From positions 5,642,001-5,706,000 of the forward strand of contig NC_089432.1 in assembly GCF_026210795.1 (NCBI RefSeq): a DNA stretch of 64,000 bases. The letters are read 5' to 3'. Numbering within the stretch: the stretch's first letter is position 1; each line of letters begins with the position of its first letter. Positions 45,854 through 58,376 of this stretch are shown here, piece after piece. This DNA is from Rhizophagus irregularis (taxonomy: Eukaryota). Under the pieces are notes generated by a model. It did no database searches. It was not told the DNA's origin and was given only the letters and a program-made list of their open reading frames with translations. Made by a program: the position numbers and the translations under genes.

Positions 45854-48064
45854 ATGACTACACAACGCCCTGTTAGCGAACAATTTAACCTTCAACCAGC
45901 AAAATCGGGATCTAACTCACAGTATCGACAATCGGCTGACCTATCTCACTTGAACCAGCAACAGACAAGTCATAGGAGCTCAAGGCCAACTTCCGAAATA
46001 TTCTCCGCAAATAACCACAATACATATCAATCACCTGAAGGTAAGAAGAAAGGTTGTTCCTATATTCCCGCCAAGAGAGATTTTACTTTTGTAAAATATA
46101 AAATATTTTAACTAACTCCTGTGGGAAAGAAAATAATTTATAAATTTTTATTTCGAATAAGAATTCATCTCAAAATTTCGTTTTTTAAGCTGAAGCAATC
46201 GATAAATGGTTTGAAGACCTCCAACATTACGAACAAACGCTTGAAGAGATGGCTACAGCGAGTTTAGATCAAAACTTCAAAGAAGAACTCAGTGCAATTG
46301 AACAATGGTTTCGAGTATTATCTGAAGCGGAACGAACTGCCGCATTATATAGTTTATTACAACATTCAACTCAGGTACAGATACGATTTTTCATAACGGT
46401 ACTTCAGCAAATGGCAAGAAGCGATCCGATGGGAGCTCTCCTATCGCCAGCAAATCCTGAAAAAGGTGAGATTAGATCTAAATTGTTTTCTTAACGATGA
46501 TCTCTACAAATAATTTTTCTGTTTTTGAAGTTATTATCTATCAATTGATATTTATTAATTTTAAATGCGTTATCATATAATCGTTTTTAAAATTGTTAGT
46601 AATGAAAATTACGCGTGATTTACTTATTTTGGTTTTTTTAATTATAATCACTAGATTTAATGCAGGCACAATTAGCTGGCGCTATGGCCAAAGCTGAGGT
46701 TGAGGCCAAACTAGCTGGCATGTCTCTTAAATCACCTACTAGTCCGACGTATCCACGTCGCTTATATGATCGACACTCGGGCGTAGAATTCTTGTCTCCC
46801 GAGGCTGCAATTTATTCGGATCCTGCAGCTGCTCTTGCACAACAAAGAGCTAGACTTCAAGCCAATACGGGTAATCGATCGGCTTCTTTGTATCCATCAC
46901 GTCCAAAATCTATGGCTTCAGAAACGGATCAAACGGTCTGGGCTCCTACTAGCGCTTCTAGCAATAGCAATAATAACAATAATAATAAAGACCGAACAAG
47001 TAACGGTCGACCGAAATCAGCTGATCTTAGCGCTCTCCCTTGGACTCCGGGTTTCCCATTACGTTCACCTCGACCTGGCACTGCATTTGATGGCGAGCTA
47101 TCTCCTCTTGTTGGTGGTAGTTGGGCTAGTATGGTGTCTACGCCCGTGGTACCAATGTTTGCAGAAAATAAAAATAAGCCAGCTACTGATGTTGAGTTGG
47201 TAAATAAAAAATTAAACAATTGGAGTATCAGTAATAGTTCTGGAAATCGTGTTGTATTAGAAAGTGATGTTAAAAAATTCCGTCGAAATCATGGAAAAAA
47301 TAACAATTCTGGTGTTCCAGCAACAGTCCAAGAAGAGAAATATAATACAGCGAATATCGTCTTGTCGATGTATGACGCTGACGGAAATGTTCGTTCACCC
47401 CAACATTCTCCTCTTCCGAGTCCAAAAGCTATCGGATCAAGACAGGGTTCTCGCCCTACTTCGCCGAATCCAAATCCATCTGGTGGTTTGTATCCTATTC
47501 ATCATCCTGGTTGGGGACCTCCAAATAACAGTGGTAAAGGAACCCACTTAACACTACCAAGTGTAGTTCCATATGATGAGAATGGTGAAGTAGGCGGTTA
47601 TCACAGTGATCATAGTGATGCCTCACATAATGCTAATAATACAAAAGGTCATGGTAACACTGGCGGTGGTAAAAACAAGAAGAAACAAAATGATGATACA
47701 GTTGATTTTAATCTATTACAAGGTTATCCTTTTATTCACACATTTAGTTTTTTAATGCACTTATGAGAGTTTAAACTTATTTATTTCTGTTTATTTAGAC
47801 ATTCCGCAATGGTTACGAAGTCTTCGTTTACACAAGTATACTCCGGTATTTGAAGGAATGAATTACACAGAAATTATCGAATTAGATGATTCTCAACTAG
47901 AAAAAAAAGGAGTAGCGGCCCTTGGAGCTAGACGTAAGATGTTGAAAGAATTTGAGAAAGTCAAAAAAGCCATGGTAACGACTTAATAATTCCTTACTTT
48001 AGTTTGAAATTATATGATCGAAATTTAATCATTTATTTAATTATAGACTGAAAATGGCTCATAA
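45854..48064 (+). CDS. VTS1: Vts1/Smaug-family SAM-domain RNA-binding protein; exons 45854-46040, 46190-46465, 46655-47722, 47799-47974, 48047-48064
   Basis: [19 protein letters not shown]...QIRFF N-terminal region. SAM domain [15 protein letters not shown]...[17 protein letters not shown]. Junctions are in frame. Confidence 0.92.
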
Positions 48065-49500
48065 AATTATTTAGTGCTGGTTATGCCAATTCTTTTTTTT
48101 TTTCTTTTTTATAAACATTCATTATTTGATATCTTCACTGTTTTTTTTTTGTTTCTGAGGAATACCAAATGCCGGGCATCATTTATATACTTTTTCTTGT
48201 GAATAATTTTTTTCTTTCCCTTTCCCCAATTCAAAAAAAAAAAAAATTAATAATAATAATAATTTTTTATAGTCCTGTACATTTAGACCTTTTTTCCAAA
48301 GGACAGGAGCCTTTTATAGTCGTTTAATAGTTTTTATTAAAAAAAAAAAAATTTGTAAGATTTTGGGGACAGGTGCTCCACCTTTTTTTACTCCTATTTT
48401 ATATTTACAAAGGTTATGGGTATTTGAAGTGTATTTAGGCTTACCTCCGAATTTGTTAATAACTATTATACTATAAACTATATAATTTTTATTCTTTTTT
48501 TATTTTAAATTTGAGTTTAATTTATTTATTGAGGTGAGTGTTATGATTAATGTACTATACAAGGTAAAAAGTATTACTTACAGTATTTGGATAGTTATCT
48601 AAAGCGTGTAGGAAAAAGGAGATCTTTGACTAGTAACGCAATGGTAAATGTTGGATTAGATTATATTTTGTAGTTATAAAGTTAGAGATGATGTTTTTCG
48701 TTTAACTATAAAATCATTATTACTCATTTGACCGATTGATCTTGTTTGTAAAATCTATAGCTAGCTATTTAGAATCTTTTTTATATTAACAATAACAATA
48801 TATTTTTATTACTCACATTATTATTTCCTTTATTTTTTTTGTGCTAATGTAATATTTCAAAAAATTTTTTTTAATTAATTGTAACTGACCTAACCAATAA
48901 ATATAATAAAAAAATTTTATCAAATTTTTCTGTTTTTATAACAAATTACTAAATTCAATTTTAAATCCTAAATTAATTTACTTTTAATATTTCATTAAAC
49001 TCAAATAATATAGCAATATACTTTATACTGTATGTTGTGAATTCTATTTTATTACTTATTTATATTAGTTGTAAGTTGATTTAGTTTTCATTAAAAGTAA
49101 AGTTATTTACTATATGTATTTTTGCATTGTTTATATTTTTTGTCTTTCTTTTATAAATAATATTTGTAAAAAAACCTTTAATATAATTATTGCTTTATTG
49201 GCTTTAAATTTTATTTTGAAATTTTTAAATGTTATTTTTTTTATTATTTATTTTGTTTTTTTTATTTTGGTTTTTTTTTGCAAATATTAATAAATAATTT
49301 CTGATAAATTTATTTAAATAAAATTTATGAAAAGAAAATTTTATTTATTAAATAAATAATATAATAAATAATATGAAATTAATATAAAAAACTTATTAAA
49401 TAATTTAAAAATAATTTATATATTATAGCTTTATAGAATTTATTTTATCAAATATTTAAGTAAATTAACATTTTTTCACTTTAAAATAATCAGATAATAT

Positions 49501-49745
49501 TGAGGTTACTTGCCTAAACCTTTCCAAAATCCTATGATTAATTTCACCAAGGTTTTATTATAGTTTTATTATAGTTTTAACAAGGTTTTGGCAATTTTAG
49601 CATTTATAATAAGTTTTGTTAAATTTTGCTTTTTTCTAGAGTTTTGCTAACTTTTTAATAGGACTTTCATATAGTTTTGGCAAAGTTTTGCTATTTTAGC
49701 ATTTTGCTAACTTGCTAAAACTCTCTAATTTCTCCAGCAACTTTA
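49501..49745. mobile_element. Old, inverted copy of MITE family B
   Basis: Reverse-complement similarity to 4496-4739. Ends TGAGGTTACTTG...AGCAACTTTA. TSD gataatat/aataatat. Confidence 0.72.
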
Positions 49746-50351
49746 AATAATATTAAAATATATTATATTATTTTATTTTTTTATTGAAAATAAAAGCATT
49801 TGCTAAAAATATAACAATAAATATTTTTTTCTAATTTAAATAAAAAATTTTTATTTATACTTAATAGGTATTATATCTTAATTATTTGATATAGCAATTA
49901 TAATTAAAAATAGAAAAAATCCATTAATAATTTGATACTAAATTACTAAACTGTTAAGGATTAAAGAGGTAGAATAGGATTCTAAATATATTATAAAGAA
50001 AGTTTATTGTGATAATTGATGTAATACTATCTATTAAATTAATTAGTACAAAAACTTTGTATTTATATAAAGTTACACTTATATCTAATAGTATTAAAAA
50101 TTTAATCTATACAAACAAAAATGATATAAAATAAATAGTTGATATAATCATATTTAAAGTTTTGGCAGAATTTAAATAATTACTGTAATTTAAACCAGTT
50201 AGGCTGAATTAAATTACAGTAATTATTTGAATCATTATTTAACATATTTAAAGTAATATTAAAGTTTACTTTAAATAAAAGTTAATAGGCAAAATAAAAA
50301 TAAATAAACTAATATTTTAATATGCTAATATGCACAATATATAATAATATA

Positions 50352-51144
50352 CAGTGTGTAACAAAAAAAATTGGAATTAAAAAATTATCTGTAACACCAT
50401 AATGATCGCATCAAATTATATGTAAAATAGCTTATTCGAAAGCTGAAAACCTGTAGATTTTATCAATAGTAAATTAAAATGGTGTTTAATGCAGTAATTT
50501 CTTTATAATTAAGCTTATAATAATAATTTTTTTAGATTAAAACTTTTTTATAATTAATTTAGAATTAATGTGTATTTCATTGTATAAAATGCAGTAGATA
50601 GTCAAAAAAAATTTTTTAATTTATACTTTTCTATTAGTTTTGATAATATTTGAGAAATTTTCAATAACTTTGTATTCATTATAAATTCACAAATTTCAAA
50701 TTATATTTTTTCTTTAAAAATCAACACCTGTAGTTAATTTTCTCAAGAAGTAAAAAAGCATTATGATCATGAAAGATATCAAAATGTAGTCCTGATATTC
50801 AAGTTTATTTTGCATTTAAAATTGGATTTATTCTGAGTGAACTACATGCATTTTGTACATTATTCTTAACAATATTTGAATATTTTTAATTTAAATTCAA
50901 TATTCAAATGCTTTGTAATCTTAATTTATTTTTTTATTATATTTTTCTGTTCAAAGTAAATATTTTACAGTAAAATTTTTCAAAAAAATAATGAAGCAAT
51001 TATAACTTTAAAAGATATCATAATATAGATCTTGGTTATAGATTTATTATCCAATTTATACAAAGAAAATCAGATTTATTTTGAGTATATAATACATATT
51101 TTTATTACATGAATGATATTCCAGTTTTTTTTTGTTATACACTG
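50352..51144. mobile_element. Tc1/mariner-type non-autonomous element (793 bp)
   Basis: TA TSD. TIR CAGTGTGTAACAAAAAAAATTGGAAT / ATTCCAGTTTTTTTTTGTTATACACTG. Confidence 0.87.
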
Positions 51145-52366
51145 TACTTTCAAATTTAGTATATTTATATATAAAACATCTAAATGAATATTTTTTTTAT
51201 TAAAAAAGAGATTTTTTAAAGATTTTTTTTTTATTTATAGTATACTTGGGCCAGGTTTTATTAAAATTTGAAATTGTACAATATTACAAATATGAAAAAA
51301 CTCTCCACTCCCGCTATGCAATAAAAATCTCCAGATGCACTTGTATCAAATGATATTTTGTACTAAAAAAATAAAATAAAAACAAAAATAAAAATAAAAA
51401 TAAAGAAAAACAGTCAGTAACAAAACCACTCTATCTACAACTATTACACTCTTAAAATTAGACTCCACTGATTATTCTGTACAGAATTTCTCAAAATACT
51501 TCTAATTTTTTTTAGTATCGATCTAATATCAGCTAAAACAAAACCCCAAACATTATATATAAAACTCAAATCTAGATTCAGATTTTTTAATATAACTTTA
51601 TACATGTAGTTTTATTAAAGCATCAGTAAATTTTTTGGACCATAGATACTTAAGGATTCCTTAAATTGTCCCAGAATCCTTAAGGATCTTGCAATTTATA
51701 GAATTCTTAAAAATCCTTAGATAAATCATAAAGATCCTTAAGGATTCTATGAATTGGTGGATTCTTAAAGATTCCTAAACAAAAATCTTTAAGAAATCCA
51801 AGAATTTTTATTTTATTTTTATAATATAGACAAGAACTGGGAAAAATAAAATAAAATTAATATTGTATCATGTGTATTACGTGATAATATTACCAGCTGA
51901 TAATCTTACCAGCTGATCTTTTTTTTTATTAAACTTTCACTCCCGTCATCTAAATTTTTAGTCTTTCCTTCATCCTTATCACCCTTCCCTTCTTGCTTTT
52001 CCTTTCCCCGTCCTTTATCTTCACCCATTCTTTTCCTCTCTCTACAAAATCTATAACGCAACGTTGAGTAATATTTTGCTATTTTTTTTTTAGTCAACAC
52101 TCGGCAGTCAGATTCCGGTAAGTTTTTATTTTTATTTTTTTAGATTTAACTATTTCTTCTAACGAGCAGTTTCTAAATCATTTTCTTTGTTTTTTTAGAC
52201 AGCAGTAAGTTTAAGTTTTTTTTGTCTATTTCTTCCATCTTTTAACGAATGGTCTCTAATAGTTCGTTACTTTTTTTTAGGCAGTTCTTTCAGATTTTCT
52301 TGCAGTAACTGGTAAAAGTTATTTTTTAAAAATTTTTTTTTTATTTTAACGAAACATTAACTAGTA

Positions 52367-54498
52367 CAGTCAACTCTCTATAATTGCACACCCTCCGTAC
52401 TCTACACGTGCAATGATTTTTTAGTACGATTATATTGTCCTATTCTCCATAAATGCACGCACGTGACTTTCTGAACCTTCTGAACTTATATAATAACATG
52501 CAGTGCGCGCAGTACGCACAGTACGCACAGTTTGATTAACATCTCGCATTCTCACTATGCCTAAAAAAAACATTTCTTTATCAGATATTCAGAAATATGA
52601 GCTTTGTCTTTATGCTCGTGATAACAAGAAAACTCGAACTCAGTATATGGACTGGGTTGAACAAAAGTGGGAGGTCAGAGTTAATGAATCTACAATTACA
52701 AGAACCTTGCAAAGTAAAGAGAAACGACTTACCACAGAACTTGCAAATCCAGAAGCAAAACGTCATAAACCTGTTGCTGTCCCAGAACTTGAACTTGCCC
52801 TAAAAGAATTTGTTTTATGCTATCAGCATAAAACAATTTTAAGTGATCGTTATATTAATTGAGAAGGCTAAATTACTAGCCAATGAACTGGAAGTTCCTC
52901 AAGGAACATTACAAGTTAAACATTTTTTTTTAATAATTTATATTTAATAATTTATTATAATGTTTGTTTGATCACTATTTTATTATTTATTTATAGTTTT
53001 CCAACAGATGGCTCCAAAAATTTAAGGAGCGTAACAGTATTCGTCAAGTAAAGTTTCATGGAGAGGCAAATTCTGCTGATGAAAATGCTATTGCTGAAGC
53101 TCTACCTTTATTACAAAATAAATGTGCAGAATATCCTCCTGATCGTATTTACAATATGGATGAGACAGGGCTTTTTTATCGGTAGGTATTTAATATTTAT
53201 ATGTTATATTTGTAATCTCTTCTCATTATTAATAACTAATACATATTCTTTTAGGTTAGAACCAGACTGAACATTAGCTACAAAGCGGCTTTCTGGACGT
53301 AAAAAAAGTAAGGAATGGCTATCAGTTGCTTTATGTGCAAATGCTGATAGATCACATAAGCTGCCTCCTTTAATAATTGGTAAATATGCAAATCCGCGAT
53401 GCTTTAAAAATGTTAATATTGGCAATTTGCCAATGTCCTATCAGAATAATGCTAAAGCTTGGATGTTAGCAACCATTTTTCAAGAGTGGCTTCAGGAATT
53501 TGATTATCAAGTTGGCATAAAACATGATAAACAGCGTGTTTTGCTGCTTCTTGATAATTGTACAAGTCATAAAATAAATAATTTAGTTCTTGAAAATGTT
53601 GAAGTTTATTTTTTGCCACCTAATACGACTTCAAAACTTCAACCAATGGATTCTGGAATAATTATGTCTTTTAAAAAGCATTATCGGCATCACCACATCT
53701 GGTAAGTTGGGTTTTTTCAAATCTACTATATTGCAAATTTAATATACATATTTTATTTTAGATGGATATTAGAACAAGTTGAAGCAGGCTAGCTTATACA
53801 GGATTTAAAAATGAATGTTTTGCAAGCAATTCAATATATTATTCAAGGTTGGAATGAAGTTACGGCTGATACCATCAAAAATTGTTGGAATTATGTCAAA
53901 ATCCTTTCAGATGCTATTCCTAGAGATAATGACGAAAATGATGATTCAAATATTGACAGTGAACTTAATAGAGCAATTGAAGCTCTTCATTTATCTGACA
54001 TGATGCAAGTGAAAGAATTTCTAACTATTCCTGAAGAAGATGTAATATATGAATTTCTTAATATTTCAGAATTTGAAGATATGTTTAAAAGTAGGACTAC
54101 AGATCATCTAGATGAAGTAGATGATAGTTTTGAAATGGAAATCATTCATATCAATGAAGCATTACGAAGCTTGAAAACTGTAAATTTGTTTTTACTTCAA
54201 CAAGAAAATGCAGGTGAACAGATAAAATTAGCGGGTAAAATTGAGAAATTTATTAGAAAAAGGAAATTCAATTCAATGCAGCAGACTACTATAGATCAAT
54301 ATTTCGTATAAATGTTTTAATTTTATAATGATAATAGTTTTAATTTTGTAGTTTTTAGTAATAATTCATAATAAATAAATGTGACGTTACAACTTTATAT
54401 AAAAATCACGTGATATATGTAATTCTATAATTGCACACCCTCTCTAATTGCACGCTTACGCTCAGTCCCAAGGGTGTGCAATTATGGAGGTTTGACTG
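52367..54498 (+). mobile_element. pogo/Tigger-family DNA transposon (2132 bp)
   Basis: TA TSD. TIR CAGTCAACTCTCTATAATTGCACACCCT vs AGGGTGTGCAATTATGGAGGTTTGACTG. Confidence 0.95.
52557..54311 (+). pseudogene. CENP-B/Tigger-like DDE_1 transposase (DD31D), three introns, disrupted
   Basis: N-terminal HTH region; NMDETG, LLLDN, FLPPNTTSKLQPMDSG. Frameshift near 52848 and stops near 53268 and 53790. Confidence 0.92.
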
Positions 54499-55163
54499 TA
54501 TTTTGTTTTTTTTAGGTTCTTTCAGATTTCCCTGGCACGCTGCATTACGGTAAGTTTGAACTTTTTAATTTTTTTTTTTATTTTAGCAAAACATTAACTA
54601 ACGTTCCGTTTTATTTCCTTTTTTTTAGACATCCTTTTTTTCGGGTACTTGAACGTGGATTTTGGCAAGTAAAAAAGTGATATTTCCTTTTTATTAAAGA
54701 ACTTTACTAAACTGTTCTCTTTTTTTTAGACGGCAGAGTTTTCAGGTATTCGAATGAGACATTTGGCAAGTAAAATAGAAAAAAAAAATTTTATTTTTTT
54801 ATTTTAACGAACATTATTAACTATTCGTTTTTTCTTTTTTTTAGGCATTTTTTTTGAGCCTCCGGACGTGGGACTGGTAGGTAAGAAAATAATATTTTTT
54901 CATTTTTTTCGAGTTTTTTATATAAACGAACATGACTAACTGTTCGTTTATTTTCTTTTTTTTAGGTAGATTTCAAATATTTTCTGGACGTGAAATCCTC
55001 TTTTTTAGGCTGTTTTTCAAGTCTCTCTAGACTTAGGATATTGCCATATTGGTAAGTAAAAAAAAAGATTTTTTTTTATTTAATTTAACGACCATTATTA
55101 ATTCATTTTTTTTTCCTTTTTTTAGGCAGGTTTTCGAGTCTCTCTTAACGTAGGACCGGTAAG

Positions 55164-55217
55164 TAAAGCTCCGCATGAGCCGGCTTGAGCCGAGCCACAG
55201 TCTGGCTCAGCTCAGCT

Positions 55218-55268
<51 letters not shown>

Positions 55269-56943
55269 CAAAAAAAAAAATTGGCCTGAATGCATTGTAA
55301 TGAGCCATAAAAATTTTGGCTCAAGCTAAAGTGAACCAAGCCAAGCCATGAAAATCATAGCTCGAGCCAAGCCAGGCTCGAGTTTTATCTTCACAAAAAC
55401 GTTTCACAACGTTTTTTATTGAAGCATTGAAATAAACGTTGCGAAACATTTTTTTCTAATATAATATAGTAAAAAAAACGTTTTCGCAACGTTTCTTTAC
55501 TAAAGAATTTAAAAAACGTTGCGAAATGTTTTTTTCTAATATACCATAGTGAAAAAGACATTTTCACAACGTTTCTTTACTAAAGAATTAAAAAAAATGT
55601 TGCGAAACGTTTTTTTCTAATATAATATTGTGAAAAAAACGTTTTCACAACATTTTTTATTAAAGAATTAAAAAAATGTTGCAAAACGTTTTTTTCTAAT
55701 ATAACATAGTGGAAAAAACGTTTTCGCAACATTTTTTTACTAAATAATTAAAAAACGTTGCGAAACATTTTTTTCTAATATAATATTGTAAAAAAAATGT
55801 TTTCGCAACATTTTTATTAAAGAATTAAAAAAACGTTGCAAAAGCGTTTTTTTAATATAATATTATACAAAAAAGCGTTTTACAACGTTTTTTATTAAAG
55901 AATTAAAAAATGTTGCGAAATGTTTTTTTCTAATATAACATAGTGTAAAAAACGTTTTCGCAATATTTCTTTACTAAAGAATTTAAAAAAATGTGTGAAA
56001 CATTTTTTCTAATATAACATAAAGTGAAAAAAATGCATAACGCTTTTTTTACTAAATAATTAAAAAAATGTTGCAAAACGCTTTTTTCTAATATAATATC
56101 GTGAAAAAAATGTTTTCGCAACATTTTTATTAAATTAAAAAAAATGTTGCGAAAAAACGCTTTTTTTAATATAATATTATACAAAAATGTTTTCACAACG
56201 CTTTTTATTAAAGAATTAAAAAAATGTTGCGAAACGCTTTTTTCTAATATAATATCATAAAAAACGCTTTCACAACATTTTTTATTAAATGAATTAAAAA
56301 ATGTTGCAAAACGCTTTTTTCTAATATAACATGAAAAACGCTTTTCACAACATTTCTTTACTAAAGAATTTAAAAAAGCGTTGTGAAACATTTTTTTCTA
56401 ATATAACATAAATGAAAAAACGTTTCTACAACGTTTTTTACTAAATAATTAAAAAAAATGTTGCAAACGCTTTTTTCTAATATAATATTGTGAAAAAATG
56501 TTTTAGAACATTTTTATTAAAGAATTAAAAAACGCTCAACAATTTTTTTAATATAATATTATAAAAACAAAAAAGCGTTTAACGCTTTTTATTAATTAAA
56601 AAAAATGTTGTAAAACGCTTTTTTCTAATATAATATTGTTTTTGCAACGTTTTTTATTAAAGAATTTAAAAAAACGTTGCAAAACGATTTTTCTAATATA
56701 ATATTGTGAAAAAAATGTTGCAAAACATTTTTTTAATATAATATTATACAAAAAATGTTTTCGCAACGTTTTTTGCATGATAACTCAAGCCAGCTCAAGC
56801 TTTTTAAGCCGAGCCTATTACCGGCTCGAGCTCTTTTCAAGCTGGCTTGTGAGCCACTGAGCCAATTTAATCGTGGCTCAGTTCGGCTCAAATTGAAAAG
56901 CTCGAGCCAGCTTGTGGGTTGGCTTAGCTCATGCGGAGTTTTA
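55164..56943. mobile_element. Non-autonomous hAT-type element filled with a ~40/80-bp palindromic minisatellite and a poly-A run
   Basis: TIR TAAAGCTCCGCATGAGC / GCTCATGCGGAGTTTTA. TSD ccggtaag/ccagtaag. GAGCC/GGCTC subterminal motifs. AAAAAACGTTGCGAAACGTTTTTT units across ~55395-56775. A-run at ~55218-55265. Confidence 0.9.
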
Positions 56944-57604
56944 CCAGTAAGTAAAAAAAAAATTTTTTCTTTTTTTATAGTAATGAACATTACTAACTTC
57001 ATTTTTTTTTTCTTTTTTTAGAATGTTTATTCAAGTCTCTCTGGATTTGGAATATCAGTAAGTAAGTAAGAAAAGATTTTTTTTCTTTCTGTTTATTTTA
57101 ATGATATTAACTGTTCGTTTTATTCTTTTTTTAAGGCTTTTTAAGGCTTTTTTCAATATGGGGATACTGACAAAGTAAAAAGAAAAAATTATTTAAATTT
57201 TTTTATTTTAACGAATATTATTAACTGTTCGTTTTTTATTTCTTTTTTTAGACAGTTTTTTGTATCTCTGGACATCACAGGCAGATTGTGTTTATAACGA
57301 AGTAACAGAATGTTCTCACAATAAAATAACATTGTGACAGTCATGAATACTGGCAAGTAAAAATAAAAATTATTTCAATTTTTTTAATTTAACAAACACT
57401 TCTAACTGTTCGTTGTTTTTTTCTTTTTTCTTTAGGTGTTTTTTTCAGACTGACAGTTTTAAACTACAGTATCTCAATTATAATTTGCGGAGATTCTTAT
57501 TAATTATTTCCAAAAAAAAAATACTAAGCTAAAGGTTTTTCAACAAGAAAAAATAGAATAATATTTTATAACTGAAGTTACTATGATTTAGAGATGATGA
57601 GTGT

Positions 57605-58376
57605 TAGAGTTCTGAATAGGTCAGGTCAGGTTATTGATAAACCTGACCTGAAATTTTTTTTCAAGTCAGGTCAGGTCAGGTTATATCAGGTTGTCTGTTT
57701 GACCTGACCTGACCTGAAACCTGAAAAATTTCAGGACTATTTTTATTAAAGTATTGAAAAAAAACGGTACAAAACTTTTTTTTTTTTAATATAATATTAT
57801 GAAAAAAAACGTTTTTGCAACGTTTTTTATTAAAATATTGAAAAAAATATTGCAAAACGTTTTTTTAATATAACATTATGAAAAAAATGTTTTCACAACG
57901 TTATTATTGAAATATCAAAAAAAAAATGTTACGAAACATTTTTTTAATATAATATTATGAAAAACACGTTTTCGCAACATTTTTTCTTGAAATATTGCGA
58001 TTCAACATTTTTATATTAAAATCATATAAAAAAGTGAATCCCAATACTGCAATTCACTTTTTTTATATAGAATTAATATAAAAAAGTGAATCGCAATATC
58101 GCAACTCACTTTTATTATATAAAATCAATATAAAAAAGTGAATCGCAATACCGCAACTCACTTTTTTTATATAAAATCAATATAAAAAAGTGAATCGCAA
58201 TACTGCAACTCACTTTTATTATATAGTAAAATCAATAGTTTCAGGTCAACAGGTCAATCAGGTCAGGTCAATCTTCATACCTGACCTGAATGTTTTCAAA
58301 AATCTCATACCTGACCTGAAATTCAGATCAGGTCAGGTCAGGTTACTTGAATTTGGCTGACCTGTTCAGAGCTCTA
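57605..58376. mobile_element. hAT-type MITE family A, copy 3 (inverted relative to copies 1 and 2)
   Basis: TIR TAGAGTTCTGAA/TTCAGAGCTCTA. Perfect TSD ATGAGTGT. Confidence 0.93.

Larger units (their letters stand above)
52094..57435 (+). repeat. Tandem array of spliceosomal intron + micro-exon units (~115-bp period), probably non-coding
   Basis: Donors GTAAGT/GCAAGT or close variants at 52118, 52205, 52312, 54550, 54665, 54766, 54877, 55052, 55159, 57058, 57353. Each is followed by a YTAAC-like branch motif, a poly-T tract and TAG (once AAG). The exons are mutually similar. Confidence 0.8.

Noticed and set aside
46835..47551. Alternative-frame and antisense ORFs within VTS1 exon 3
   Set aside because: They overlap a well-supported coding exon and have no recognisable motifs.
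48065..48185. Smaug/Vts1 recognition elements (CNGGN loops) in the VTS1 3' UTR suggesting autoregulation
   Set aside because: Candidate loops CTGGT and CCGGG have stems of only ~3 bp, which is expected by chance.
55218..55265. Poly-A run as a retroposed tail
   Set aside because: It lies within the MITE subterminal region with no separate TSD or upstream retro-sequence; more likely homopolymer expansion or a sequencing artefact.
55930..57021. ORFs of 60-153 aa
   Set aside because: Chance translations of the minisatellite and MITE ends.
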